64,000 nucleotides of DNA from Macrostomum hystrix (GCA_950097015.1 CATNEN010000038.1:15500001-15564000), one strand, 5' to 3'; counted from the first letter of the stretch, positions 1-13,568 are shown. Program-made: numbers and translations. Notes: a model not told the origin generated them from the sequence alone.

Positions 1-2350
1 GAACCCCCAGTTGACAATGAACCCCCAGTTGACAACGATCCCACAGTTGACAATGATCCCCCATTTGACAATGATCCCCCAGTTGACAATGATCCCACAG
101 TTGACAATGATCCCCCAGTTGACAAAGATCCCCCAGTTCACAATGATCACCCAGTTGATGATGATCCCCCAGTTGATGATGATCCCCCAGTTGAAAATGA
201 TCGCCCAGTTGACAATGATCCCCCATTTGACAATGATCCCCCAGTTGACAATGATCCCCCAGTTAACAAAGATCCCCCAGTTCACAATGATCCCCCAGTT
301 GATGAAGTCTCCCCATTGATGATGATCCCCAGTTAACAATGTTCCTCCATTTGACAATGTTCCCCCAGTTAACAATGATCCCCCAGTTGATGATGATCAC
401 CCAGTTGACAATGATCCCCCAGTTGACAATGATCCCCCAGTTGACAATGATCCCCCAGTTAATGATGATCCCCCAGTTGAAAATGATCCCCCAGTTGACA
501 ATGATCCCCCAGTTGAGAATGATCCCCCAGTTGACAATGATCCCCCAGTTAACAAAGATCCCCCAGTTCACAATGATCCCCCAGTTGATGAAGTCTCCCC
601 ATTGATGATGATCCCTAGTTAACAATGTTCCTCCAGTTGACAATGATCCCCCAGTTGACAATGATCCCGCCGGTTGACAATGATCCCACAGTTGACAATG
701 AACCCCCAGTTGACAATGATCCCCCAGTTGATGATGATCCCCCAGTTGACAATGATCCCCCAGTTGACAATGATCCCCCAGTTGACAATGATCCCCCAGT
801 TGATGATGATCCCCCAGTTGAAAATGATCCGCCAGTTGACAATGATCCCCCGGTTGAGAATGATCCCCCAGTTGACAATGATCCCCCAGTTAACAAAGAT
901 CCCCCAGTTCACAATGATCCCCCAGTTGATGAAGTCTCCCCATTGATGATGATCCCCAGTTAACAATGTTCCTGCAGTTGACAATGTTCCCCTAGTTGAT
1001 GATGATCACCCAGTTGACAATGATCCCACAGTTGACAATGATCCCCCAGTTGACAATGATCCCCCAGTTGACAATGATCCCGCCGGTTGACAATGATCCC
1101 ACAGTTGACAATGAACCCCCAGTTGACAATGATCCCCCAGTTGATGATGATCCCCCAGTTGACAATGATCCCCCAGTTGACAATGATCCCCCAGTTGACA
1201 ATGATCCCCCAGTTGATGATGATCCCCCAGTTGAAAATGATCCGCCAGTTGACAATGATCCCCCGGTTGAGAATGATCCCCCAGTTGACAATGATCCCCC
1301 AGTTAACAAAGATCCCCCAGTTCACAATGATCCCCCAGTTGATGAAGTCTCCCCATTGATGATGATCCCCAGTTAACAATGTTCCTCCAGTTGACAATGT
1401 TCCCCTAGTTGATGATGATCACCCAGTTGACAATGATCCCACAGTTGACAATGATCCCCCAGTTGACAATGATCCCCCAGTTGACAATGATCCCGCCGGT
1501 TGACAATGATCCCACAGTTGACAATGATCCCCCAGTTCACAATGATCCCCCGGTTGATGATGATCCCCCAGTTGATGATGATACCCCATTTGAAAATGAT
1601 CCCCCAGTTGACAATGATCCCCCAGTTGAGAATGATCCACCAGTTGAGAATGATCCCCCAGTTAACAAAGATCCCCCAGTTCACAATGATCCCCCAGTTG
1701 ATGAAGTCTCCCCATTGATGATGATCCCCAGTTAACATTGTTCCTCCAGCTGACAATGTTCCTCCAGTTGACAATGATCCCCCAGTTGATGATGATCACC
1801 CAGTTGACAATGATCCCCTAGTTGACAATGATCCCCCAGTTGACAATGATCCCCCAGTTGACAATGATCCCCCAGTTGATGATGATCCCCCAGTTGAAAA
1901 TGATCCGCCAGTTGACAATGATCCCCCGGTTGAGAATGATCCCCCAGTTGACAATGATCCCCCAGTTAACAAAGATCCCCCAGTTCACAATGATCCCCCA
2001 GTTGATGAAGTCTCCCCATTGATGATGATCCCCAGTTAACAATGTTCCTCCAGTTGACAATGTTCCCCTAGTTGATGATGATCACCCAGTTGACAATGAT
2101 CCCACAGTTGACAATGATCCCCCAGTTGATAATGATCCCCCAGTTGACAATGATCCCGCCGGTTGACAATGATCCCACAGTTGATGATGGTCACCCAGTT
2201 GACAATGATCCCCCCAGTTGACAATTATCCCCCAGTTGACAATGATCCCCCAGTTGACAATTATCCCCCAGTTTACCAAGATCCTCCAGTTGACGATTAT
2301 CCCCCAGTTTACCTTGATCCCCATTTTGATGATGACTCCCCAGTTGACGT
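1..2350. repeat. 18-bp minisatellite (GATCCCCCAGTTGACAAT)n with higher-order blocks; runs off window start
   Basis: Direct tandem copies. The variant block GATGAAGTCTCCCCATTG recurs at about 301, 587, 928, 1341, 1700 and 2004. Confidence 0.97.
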
Positions 2351-2359
2351 TGATTTTTC

Positions 2360-3978
2360 AAACGCTGGGTTAGCCAAGATTCAAACTCAGGTTTCGCCAT
2401 GTTTTAAACCCTGGTGGGCTATGATTCAAACTCTCGTTTTACCATGATTCAAACTCTAATGTAGCCATGATTCAAACTCTGGTTTAGCCATGATTCAGAC
2501 GCTGTGATGATTTAAAGTCTCCTTTAGCCATGATTCAAACTCTGCTTTAGCCATGATTCAGACGCTGGTTTTGCCATGATTCAAACTCTGGTTTAGCCAT
2601 GTTTCAAACTCTGGTTTAGCCATGATTCAAGCTCTGGTTTAGCCATGATTCAAACTCTGGTTAAGCCATGATTCAGACTCTGGTTTAGCCATGATTCAAA
2701 CTCTGCTTTAGCCATGATTCGGACTCTGGTTTAGCCATGATTCAGACGCTGGTTTTGCCATGATTCAAACTCTGGTTTAGCCATGATTCAAACTCTGGTT
2801 TAGCCATGTTTCAAACTCTGGTTTAGCCATGATTCAAACTCTGGTGTAGCCATGATTCAAACTCTGGTTTAGCCATAATTTAAACTCTGGTTTAGCCATG
2901 ATTCAAACTCTTGTTAAGCCATGATTCAGACTCTGGTTTAGCCATGATTCAGACTCTGGTTTAGCCATGATTCAAACTCTTGTTAAGCCATGATTCAGAC
3001 TCTGGTTTAGCCATGATTCAAACTCTGGTTTAGCCATGATTCAGACTCTGGTTTAGCCATGATTCAAACTCTGCTATAGCCATGATTCGGACTCTGGTTT
3101 GGCCATGATTTAAACTCTGGTTTAGCCATGATTCAGACTCTGGTTTAGCCATGATTCAGACGCTGGTTTAGCCATGATTCAAGCTCTGGTTTAGCCATGC
3201 TTCAAACTCTGGTTTAGCCATGATTCAAACTCTGGTTTAGCCATGATTCGGACTCTGGTTTAGCCATGATTCGGACTCTGGTTTAGCCATGATTGAAACT
3301 CTGGTTTAGCCATGATTTAAACTCTGGTTTAGCCATGATTCAGACTCTGGTTTAGCCATGATTCAGACGCTGGTTTAGCCATGATTCAAGCTCTGGTTTA
3401 GCCATGCTTCAAACTCTGGTTTAGCGATGATTCAAACTCTGGTTTAGCCATGATTCGGACTCTGGTTTAGCCATGATTCAGACTCTGGTTTAGCCATGAT
3501 TCAAACTCTGCTTTAGCCATGATTCGGACTCTGGTTTAGCCATGATTCAAACTCTGGTTTAGCCATGATTCAAACTCTGGTTTAGCAATGATTCAGACTC
3601 TGGTGTAGCCATGATTCAAACTCTGCTATAGCCATGATTCGGACTCTGGTTTAGCCATGATTCAAACTCTGGTTTAGCCATGTTTCAGACTCTGGTTTAG
3701 CCATGATTCAAACTCTGGTTTAGCCATGATTCGGACTCTGGTTTAGCCATGATTCAAACTCTGGTTTAGCCATGATTCAAACTCTGGTTTAGCAATGATT
3801 CAGACTCTGGTGTAGCCATGATTCAAACTCTGCTATAGCCATGATTCGGACTCTGGTTTAGCCATGATTCAAACTCTGGTTTAGCCATGTTTCAGACTCT
3901 GGTTTAGCCATGATTCAAACTCTGGTTTAGCCATGTTTCAGACTCTGGTTTTGCCATGATTCAAACTCTGGTTTAGCC
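2360..3978. repeat. 23-bp minisatellite (GCCATGATTCAAACTCTGGTTTA)n, about 70 copies
   Basis: Direct tandem copies with a degenerate left edge abutting the 18-bp array. Confidence 0.97.
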
Positions 3979-4281
3979 GGTGTGCTATGATTTATGATAT
4001 TTTATTTACGAAATGAAAAAAATAAACTAAAATAATCTTCAATCACTACTGGCTAAAAATTCGTCTAAATGATTTGACGCAGTGCAGAATCGAACCCTAG
4101 CCTAGCCTAACTTATTCCCAGTGCCTACACATCGGCTATTCCGACTGTTGGTTAGTGGGTGAAAAATCAGCCTTATAAAATGAATTTTCAAAGTTCTGGC
4201 TGTACAATGAAGTAAGAAAATAGAGTACACTTAGTCTCGCGGTTGGTTGTGTACATTTATTTCAAATTTGTCTCCAGAGTG

Positions 4282-4581
4282 CAGGCTTCAAATTCAATCA
4301 GCTAGGGGTTGTTGCGCAATTTGACGATGCAATTCTAATTCAGTGGCAGTGAGTAAAATTCTCAATAGGCCAAGATTATTTGACCTTTAAAAAATCATGT
4401 TTTTCGAATATTTAATCCCCTTAGCAATAAAGTTAAGCTTAATAAAAATACGTGTATAATTGTCCCCATATTTGGCATCTTTAGGTGAAGAAATGGTGAA
4501 AATCGGTTGAGCCGTTCGGGAGAAAATCAATTACAAGCAACCAACCAACCAACCAAGCATTTCATTTTTAGTATAGTGGAT
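4282..4581 (-). mobile_element. Possible non-autonomous Helitron-like (Lep1/DINE-type) remnant
   Basis: AAAATCGGTTGAGCCGTT, then (CAAC)n, then CATTTTTAGTATAGTGGA. This layout resembles invertebrate non-autonomous helitrons. The 3' hairpin/CTRR is unclear. Confidence 0.3.
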
Positions 4582-4599
4582 TATATCCTATTGATAGTA

Positions 4600-4921
4600 C
4601 ACTGTACACTATCAGTGGTACAGTAAGTGTATCCTACTTTCAGTAGCATGGTTAGTGTCTCCTACTATAAGTAGCACAGTTAGTGTCTCCTACTATAAGT
4701 AGCACAGTTAGTGTCTCCTACTATAAGTAGCACAGTTAGTGTCTCCTACTATCAGTAGCACAGTTAGTGTATCCTACTATCAGTAGCACAGTTAGTGTCT
4801 CCTACTATAAGTAGCACAGTTGTGTATACTACTTTCAGTAGCACAGTAAGTGCACTCTACTATAAGCAGCACAGTTGTGTATCCTACTGTCATTATCACA
4901 GTTAGTGCATCCTACTATCAG
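4600..4921. repeat. 28-bp minisatellite (AGTAGCACAGTTAGTGTCTCCTACTATA)n
   Basis: Direct tandem copies, period 28. Confidence 0.93.
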
Positions 4922-5453
4922 AAGTCTATTATGTTCTGCTAACTTTCCTATTGTTTATTCTCGCGCACACATTTCATATATTCACCAAACATGAGCGACT
5001 AAACTAGCTTTAGTTATTTTCATTTGGAATTAGTATTTTTCCTTTATACAATGACGGCTTTCATATAACAATGTCCATGTCTGTTTTCATTTCACATTCC
5101 CTGTTTCTTACGCTATCGGATACTTATGAAATCCTCAAATTGCAATCTGTTTAGCTTTTTTAGAAATGAAATTTAGCTACTAGAAGTAGTGTGTTAGAGT
5201 GCTATTTCATTTAACAGAAAACAACTCATTGATTTTTTTATCAATTCGCGCTGTGTACTTTGTGGAGCCGCTAGACATTGCGCCTCATTATAACACTACA
5301 CTTCCCGTATCTACTACTTACTGTTACCGACAATATAGGCTTTGTTACATGTTATTGTTCTATATGTTGCAAAAACTGCATACTAATGTGGCTTTATTTA
5401 TAAAACTATATATTATATAAGCACTTCTGTTTTAGCCGATTTCCTGTTACAGT

Positions 5454-5493
5454 GTTACATAGCAACCAACATATGATTGTTTACCTAGGAAAC
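5454..5493. promoter_or_regulatory. Two RFX X-box-like palindromes (GTTACATAGCAAC; GTTTACCTAGGAAAC)
   Basis: Resemble the GTNRCC-N0-3-RGYAAC consensus. No linked gene established. Confidence 0.2.
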
Positions 5494-5869
5494 GTGTTGC
5501 TGTGTGAATGAATGATTCGATCTACAGACAATAGGTTAGCTATTGTACAATATTTTGTTTGCCTAACTTTTATTGGCCTGTTGATTTTGATGATTGAAAA
5601 AAAGAATAAAATTGCTATCGTTTATTGCTGCCAGTAAACTGTTATTGATCTGTTCTTATTGAAGCACAAAATTCCTTCGTTTTAGATTTGTTTCTTTGCT
5701 TATTTTTAGAAAGAAATTTAGGAAAAAGCAAAGGTGACTTTTAGGAACGAAAATTCTATCGAGGCACAATAAACTGGATCTATTTGAAGATCTACAATGG
5801 TAAAATAGAAGCTTCCTCGATTACATCTATAATTATCGTAATAAATATTTGATTGCACCTGCCCCAATT

Positions 5870-6091
5870 GGGCCGATGTGCAGCCGACAGCACAGCCTTT
5901 GCGCGGCGTATCTGAAGGCTGCATACGGGTGTTCAGTCCATGGACTGGGCGGATATAGCTGGGTGAAATGAAGCAATCCAATAGTTATGTGTCTTGCTAA
6001 AGGACGCATAAAGTGTTCCACTGGAAACGGGAATCGAACCCCCGACCTTCAAATCGTGAGTCCGACGCTTTAACTACTGGGCTACAGCTCC
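5870..6091 (-). mobile_element. tRNA-derived SINE, family A
   Basis: Minus strand has A box TAGCCCAGTAGTTAAAGCG and B box GGTTCGATTCCC, then a GTCCTTTAGCAAGACAC..CACCCAG core and a CAGTCCATGGACTGAAC tail. Homologous copies occur at 42910, 52888, 56205 and 58145. Confidence 0.85.
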
Positions 6092-6732
6092 TCTTAGAGT
6101 GGTTGGATAGATAGATAGTGGTACATCCATCTAACCACTCCAACACCCCAAGTGGACACCTATAATACACTCCTAGTGTACATTCATGCAATGCACTTTT
6201 ATAGTGATCGTACATTGTCCTGAGTGTTGGTTTATTAGAATGATAATTTGCTTTTCTTAAACTTGTTAAAATAAAATGTTTCGTTATTTTTGAGCCTGTT
6301 TATCATAATTTGACGCAAACTAACTTCAAGATATATTTGATTTATCACAAACAAGCTCTTGCCTTTACAGTAAAAGTATATAAGGCTAGCTAGCGCTAGC
6401 TAATGTGCTCAAAAGATAATCTTTTATCGAGTTTATTACAGAAACTTACCTACCAAAAAGTTAGAACATAATTATAATTAAATAGAATTAAATAAAATAA
6501 AATTAGAACACTATAAATAGCTTTTAATCATTTTTATTGATTAGGCGTGTCACATGATATAATAATCAAAAAGCTAATTTCTTATCAAATATATTCGACT
6601 GCTCAAAAGTGTCTTCCGTGCTAGATTATCCTTACATTTGAAAACTGAGTCTCTAATATGTGATTATGGTGGTACTTTAACTTAGGTTTTTATGTCACGC
6701 GAGCTTGCTAAACTGTCACTAAACTACTGTCA

Positions 6733-6959
6733 CATTGTGTAGAACATACTAGCTCTATGACAGGTTGCATTGTGTAGAACATACTCGCTTTATGACAGGT
6801 TGCATTGTGTAGAACATACTCGCTTTATGACAGGTTGCATTGTGTAGAACATACTAGCTCTATGACAGGTTGCATTGTGTAGAACATACTCGCTTTATGA
6901 CAGGTTGCATTGTGTAGAACATACTCGCTTTATGACAGGTTGCATTGTGTAGAACATAC
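6733..6959. repeat. 35-bp minisatellite, about 6.5 copies
   Basis: CATTGTGTAGAACATACTCGCTTTATGACAGGTTG tandem. Confidence 0.95.
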
Positions 6960-7676
6960 ATCTATGAAGCGTCATTTAATGTCAGACAATGTCTATCAGC
7001 TGAAGCAAAGCACATCTACGCTTGTAGAATCTAATGCGAATTAAAATAATTCGAAATCGCCCAAATCGATTAATGTTTTTGCCCTACAAGCTCTAAATTA
7101 TTCATTATAAAATAGCATTGCACACTGGGGCGTAGGCGTGCAGTGCGTCATTCCAGAGCACAATAGTCACTAGTCGAGCTCTTGCCGAACCAAAATGACT
7201 GGCACCTCAATGCGTTTGCGTCACCGGCTCACAACTCGCCTGATAGAAAATTGCAACCCCGCAATGAATTCTGCAAGGCGCGAACCGTTTAGGTGCAAAT
7301 CAAAGTGCCCAATGACGAACTGTCACAGAACCACACTTGACGAACTCTGGCAAGAGGCTCATGGCACACTGTGTGGTGTGATATGTTTCGAGTCGCTCTC
7401 GAAGAAAAAGTTCTCTCACATATTTAGGCTGCAGAGATAAGGCAAGTCAATTGTTTGCCGACTCCCTTTTAATAAAATGTTCAATTCTGATAGCGAAAAT
7501 GCTTCAGATATCGCTTAAATGTGCTTAGCTATCTAGAAAATATATATATGCAAAACACCTGCTGCCCCACCTGCCGGCGCTTAAACCGAAAGAGTTCACA
7601 GGCGACTGATATTTGGCAGTGTAAGTAAATGTGGTCTCGTCAGCAAATAAATTCCAATTGTTCAGCTTGGCTGATC

Positions 7677-10600
7677 ATGATGATGCTGCTGCCGCTGCTG
7701 CTGTGGCAGCCCATTGCGGCTCAGAACTGTCCGTCCAACTGGCTGTCCTTCGGTCGCTTCTGCTACCGAGCGCTCTACGGTCCGGGCAAGAACTTCACCG
7801 AGGCCAGAGCGGCCTGTCGCGGCCTGGGAGCTGACCTGCTGTGGCTGGAGTCGCAGGAAGAGCTGGACTGGGCCTTCGGTCAGAACCGATTCGGCATCAG
7901 GAGCAACTGGGGCGAGTGCGGCAGCGACTGCGGCTCGACCTACTCGGGCTGGATCGGCCTGCACAGGACAGGAGCGGATTTGACTGGCACTGCGGCCGTT
8001 GACAAGGCGAGGAACTCGGAGTGGGTCTGGCTGAGAGACGGCAGTCCCACGAGTCTGAGATTGTGAGTAATAACTGGTAAATGCTTTAATTATGGAAGTC
8101 CATACATTATAATATAGAATTAAAAATTACTGACGCAATGCGGATCTTTATATTCAAAATTCATTCTTCATGTCTTGCTCTAAATGTTTCCCTAGGACTA
8201 AGATTCGAACTCTCGACCTCTCGGTCAAAATCCTGAAGCTCTAACCACTTGTAGTACACTCCATTCAGCCTAATTAGTGAAATTATATATTAAGTAAAAA
8301 GGGCCCTGACATTCGCGTCTACCGTGCATGGCAACTTTCATGTCTCTGGCGCTGCCTAGTAAGGCTTTAATAGATTTTTATGAGCTGCAATAAGTGATGT
8401 CAAGAAAGTATGTTTGATATGTCGATAGTCTATTTCAATGTAAATCAACAAGACAAAGTAAACATTTAAGCAGAAATTATACTCGTAGCTCGTATCTGAA
8501 TATTTCAGCTCGTGGTACTTTGGATACCCAAAGCCCAGTCCCGAAGACTTCGTTTCAATGACGGAGGCCACCTTGCCATCAAGGATCAGGACGGACGAAA
8601 AGACGGACAAAATGTTTCCCATTTGCAAGATGGACCCGGATGCCAACCGAGGCCCCTGCCCGTCAGAGCAGTGGCTGCAGTTCAGCGGGTTCTGCTACCT
8701 GCTGGTCAAGGGAGCCAACGGAAGGACCCTCTCTGAGGCTGTGCGAGACTGCCAGAGTCGAGACAGGTCAGCTCACCTGCTGTGGGTCACCAGTCAGGCT
8801 GAGATGGACTGGGTCACGGACTACTCAGCGAGGAATTGGAGACTCAAAGAGGACTACAGAGCTCAGTGCACGGACTGCAGGTCTCAGGGAGACGCAGCCT
8901 GGACTGGACTCTTCAGAGACGTGTCCGACGGAGGCAAGCTGAAGTGGCTGAAGGACAACTCGAGCGTCAGTGTCACACTGTGAGTGTGGTTGCTGAGGAT
9001 AATCGAATGCATCTGGAAATTCATTGCAGAATAATGAACTTTTACATAATAATATTTTCATTAGGACTGTGGCCACGTCATTCCCCTGAACACACTCATG
9101 AACACAGGTGTGTACATCTGCCACTGACTTTCTCATCGTCAGCAGCGTACACACTCTCACCATATGCCATGGAGGTTGACACCCAAGACGAAGTTGCATA
9201 GCAAGCCCGCAAGCATTCTCTTTGTGGCTGCAAATGAATGTGGCCTCACGGCGGATTCGAGTTCAGGAGCCTTAGTGAGAGAGGAAAATGCGTCAAACGC
9301 GCTTTCATTCACCCCAGTGAAACCTGTACAAGTCTCAGAATTTGAAACTGCATCGACGAATGTGCTCATTCTAAATTTCTTTTTGAACTGTACTTTGCCT
9401 GAATCCGCCTGAAATCTCTATTTGATGGTTTGTGAAATGTCTTCCTGGAATAGAAATTGTTCCAGCACAACACAAGCTGCTGAGAAATCCCGTTTCGACA
9501 TTTATAATGCTGTATTAGTCTCCTTACTAAAACATCAATAGTTTTAATATTATCTTCTGCCTGTGTGTTGCTGCAGCAACTGGTTTGGCAGCGGCCCGAG
9601 CGACTCACCAGCGGACCACGGCTACCTGTTTGATTCGGGCTCCGCATTGTACTGGAGGACATTCCAGTCCAATGCGAAGCATTTTCACCTGTGTAAGGCA
9701 CCTGTGTTCGTGGCAACGACTTCACCTGATGTCATCACAGTGCCGTCTACGATTCCGGAGCTGAGGACTTCAACTGAGTTTACAACTGTCACAACTCTGG
9801 TGCCAACAACTACTACGGAAGTTCCTCGGGGCCCCTGCCCGTCAGAGCAGTGGCTGCAGTTCAGCGGGTTCTGCTACCTGCTGGTCAAGGGAGCCAACGG
9901 AAGGACCCTCTCTGAGGCTGTGCTAGACTGCCAGAGTCGAGACAGGTCAGCTCACCTGCTGTGGGTCACCAGTCAGGCTGAGATGGACTGGGTCATGGAC
10001 AATTCGGCGAGGAACTGGAGACTCAGAGAGGACTACAGAGCTCAGTGCACGGACTGCAGGTACTTAGGAGACGCAGCCTGGACTGGACTCTTCAGAGACG
10101 TGTCGGACGGAGGCAAGCTGAAGTGGCTGAAGGACAACTCAAGCGTCAGCGTCAGTGTGTGAGTTTACTGCCTTCATGATATTAATTTGAAGATCAAGAT
10201 AAGCTAAGAAAAGAAATCTTCTGCGTAATATAAGCAGAAAAAATGTTTAATATTAACAAAATTAGATAGGTGATGAGTTAAGCTGGCGTATCATGGCTCT
10301 GTTACCTCTTAATGAAAGTGTTTTTATGAGTCTGAAAATATCATTAATCACCCTAGCCAGATGATTCTAGCATGTGAAGCACCGGCCAAGTTATGATTTT
10401 TCTTTGAACTTCAGGCCATGGTATTTTATCGGCGAACCGGCAGCGACTCCAAGAGACTACGGCTACATTTATCAAGTGACAACAGGTGCTTTGTACTGGA
10501 GGACATACACGCCAAGCGCAAAGCACTACCACTTTTGCAAGGCTCCGATTTTCGTTGCAACAACTGGAACGACTGTAATAACGACTACAACCATCACAAC

Positions 10601-12587
10601 AACACCACAAACTACAAAGACCACAACTACTGAACCAACAACTACTGAACCAACAACTGCTGAACCAACAACTGCTGAACCAACGACTATTGAACCAACA
10701 ACTACTGAACCAATAACGGCTGAATCGACAACTACTGAACCAACAACTGCTGAACCATCGACTGCTGAACTAACAACTACTGAACCAACAACTACTGAAC
10801 CAACAACTACTGAACCAACAACTACTGAACCAACAACTACTGAACCAACAACTACTGAACCAACAACTACTGAACCAACAACTGCTGAACCAACAACTTC
10901 TGAACCAACAACTACTGAACCAACAACTACTGAACCAACAACTGCTGAACCAACAACTACTGAACCAACAACTGCTGAACCAACAACTACTGAACCAACA
11001 ACTACTGAACCAACAACTTCTGAACCAACAACTACTGAACCAACAACTACTGAACCAACAACTGCTGAACCAACAACTACTGAACCAACAACTACTGAAC
11101 CAACAACTACTGAACCAACAACTGCTGAACCAACAACTACTGAACCAACAACTACTGAACCAACAACTACTGAACCAACGACTGCTGAACCAACAACTAC
11201 TGAACCAACAACTGCTGAACCAACAACTACTGAACCAACAACTACTGAACCAACAACTACTGAACAAACAACTGCTGAACCAACGACTATTGAACCAACA
11301 ACTACTGAACCAACAATGGCTGAATCGACAACTACTGAACCAACAACTACTGAACCAACAACTACTGAACCAACAACTGCTGAACCAACAACTTCTGAAC
11401 CAACAACTACTGAACCAACAACTACTGAACCAACAACTGCTGAACCAACAACTACTGAACCAACAACTGCTGAACCAACAACTACTGAACCAACAACTAC
11501 TGAACCAACAACTGCTGAACCAACAACTACTGAACCAACAACTACTGAACCAACAACTGCTGAACCAACAACTACTGAACCAACAACTACTGAACCAACA
11601 ACTACTGAACCAACAACTACTGAACCAACAACTACTGAACCAACAACTATTGAACCAACAACTACTGAACCAACAACTACAGAACCAACAACTATTGAAC
11701 CAACAACTACTGAACCAACAACTGCTGAACCAACGACTATTGAACCAACAACTACTGAACCAACAACTGCTGAACCAACGACTATTGAACCAACAACTAC
11801 TGAACCAACAACTACTGAGGTGACAACTACTAAAGCTTCAACCACTCAAGTGACATCTTCAGCTCTAACGGCTACTCATTCTACAAATACTGAATCCCCA
11901 CCCAGCGTGCCATTGACTCCTGAAGCGACACCTACTGCGCCAGTGACTCCTGAAGTGACACTCTCTACGCCATCAACTCCTGGAGTGACACTCTCTACGC
12001 CATTAACTCCTGAAGTGACACCCTCTACGCCATCAACTCCTGAAGTGACACTCTCTACGCCATTAACTCCTGAAGTGACACCCTCTACGCCATCAACTCC
12101 TGAAGTGACACTCTCTACGCCATCAACTCCTGGAGTGACACTCTCTACGCCATCAACTCCTGAAGTGACACCCTCTACGTTATCAACTACTGAAGTGACA
12201 CTCTCTACGCCAGTGACTCCTGAAGTGACATCAAGACAGTCAAGTCCGTTGATTTCATCGATGACTTCTGCTTCACCTACAGATTTTGTGAGCACGGATG
12301 TCACCAGCGCCGGTCTGACAGAACCGGGCGGTGGATTCCCAATAATCTACGTCCACATCATCTGGCTCAGCTCGGTTGTGGCTGTTGGCGCTGCAGTTGT
12401 GGCCGCTGTGTTGTACTTTAAATTTCACGCCGCGGCTCAGGCTGGAGCCGCATCAGCCGCCAGTGCGGCGAACGGCGGATATCTGGACGATGAGAGTCAC
12501 GTGATGCGCAACGGATTTTCCAACATTCAGTTGGACACTGTGTCAGTTCCCATGGAGTCTTCTGGCGTTGAAACTAGTACCATATGA
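7677..12587 (+). CDS. Type I membrane protein: signal peptide, 3 atypical C-type lectin domains, EPTTT mucin stalk, TM, cytoplasmic tail (lectin gene 1)
   Basis: Exons 7677-8062, 8509-8979, 9577-10158, 10415-12587, all GT-AG phase 2. Signal MMMLLPLLLWQPIAAQ. CTLD motifs CPxxW..F..CY, WIGL/WTGL and final CK. TM IIYVHIIWLSSVVAVGAAVVAAVLYF. A likely 5'UTR intron at 7621-7665 removes the ATG at 7629. Confidence 0.9.
8190..8252 (-). mobile_element. Degenerate tRNA-derived SINE head fragment (duplicated at about 18645 and 25416; similar fragments near 4080 and 13670)
   Basis: Minus strand reads AGTGGTTAGAGC...GAGAGTTCGAATC (A/B boxes). No complete cloverleaf. Confidence 0.5.
9060..9305 (-). mobile_element. 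tRNA-derived SINE, family B, in lectin intron
   Basis: Reverse complement matches head and core of 52515-52850 (CTGACGATGAGAAAGTCAG..GCAGATGTACACACCTGTG). Copies at 19500, 20686, 26271, 27457 and 28650. Confidence 0.8.
10622..11820 (+). repeat. Coding 15-bp repeat (EPTTT/EPTTA), about 80 copies, mucin stalk
   Basis: GAACCAACAACTACT tandem, in frame within exon 4 of lectin gene 1. Confidence 0.95.
11910..12230 (+). repeat. Coding 30-bp repeat (PSTPEVTLST), about 10 copies
   Basis: In-frame tandem before the TM. Confidence 0.9.
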
Positions 12588-13200
12588 TGGATGCTCTGTG
12601 ATGCAAAGCGCTGTAAAGTTGCATTGTTATTTTACTTCTTTGTATTCTCATTTTTAATCTCTTAACTTGTCTTTTTGACTTGTCTCAGCCAATTGGTATA
12701 CCTTTTTAACTTTGTATTCGTCACAAGTGAGTTAAAATTCGTCAGTGTATTCAAAACTACTTCGTGTGTTTTCCATGTGTGAACTCTAATATTGACAGGA
12801 ATGATAAACATTTGGTTCACGATAAAGCCATTTTATAAAGCGATTTTTACAAACCTGAAGTTAAAAAGCTATACTAAGTATCAATACCTGTCTTAGGAGA
12901 AAATGAACTTTTATAAACTAAGATGTTCTGCAATGGAAATTGTCAGAAAAGTTAAATGTGAGAATTAAGTTTCAAGTTGATTTTGTCTCTCCTTAAATAA
13001 GAATCTATTAAACTCCACTGATAATTATTCCATTTCATATCGAATATAAACACCTGTAATATGTTCGCTTAATGAACCTTACGTAAAGTTCTGTTTAAAG
13101 CTCGGGTTAAGCGATTTTGTGTGTCCGGAAAGTATTAATATTTGTTTTTTTAGCTCCGCTGTTTTATTAGATATACTAACAAATAAAAGTAACTGCTCTT

Positions 13201-13568
13201 CAGTATAACAAGTGGCTATCCAGTATAACAAGTGGCTATCCAGTATAACAAGTGGCTATCCAGTATAACAAGTGGCTATCCAGTATAACAAGTGGCTATC
13301 CAGTATAACAAGTGGCTATCCAGTATAACAAGTGGCTATCCAGTATAACAAGTGGCTATCCAGTATAACAAGTGGCTATCCATTATAACAAGTGGCTATC
13401 CTGTATAACAAGTGGCTATCCATTATAACAAGTGGCTATCCAGTATAACAAGTGGCCATCCAGTATAACAAGTGGCTATCCAGTATAACAAGTGGCTATC
13501 CAGTAGAACAAGTGGCTATCCAGTATAACAAGTGGCTATCCAGTATAACAAGTGGCTATCCTATAACG
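13201..13568. repeat. 20-bp minisatellite (CAGTATAACAAGTGGCTATC) x18
   Basis: Direct tandem copies. Confidence 0.97.

Noticed and set aside
1-2450. Many ORFs on both strands (PQLTMI, PPVDND, NWGIIV repeats)
   Set aside because: By-products of an 18-bp satellite; frequent frame-shifting unit variants and no gene context.
6015-6091. tRNA gene on the minus strand
   Set aside because: The acceptor stem does not pair and the sequence continues into a SINE core present in several copies.
7629-7676. ATG at 7629 as start of lectin gene 1
   Set aside because: It probably lies in a short GT-AG intron (7621-7665); ATG 7677 gives a clean signal peptide.
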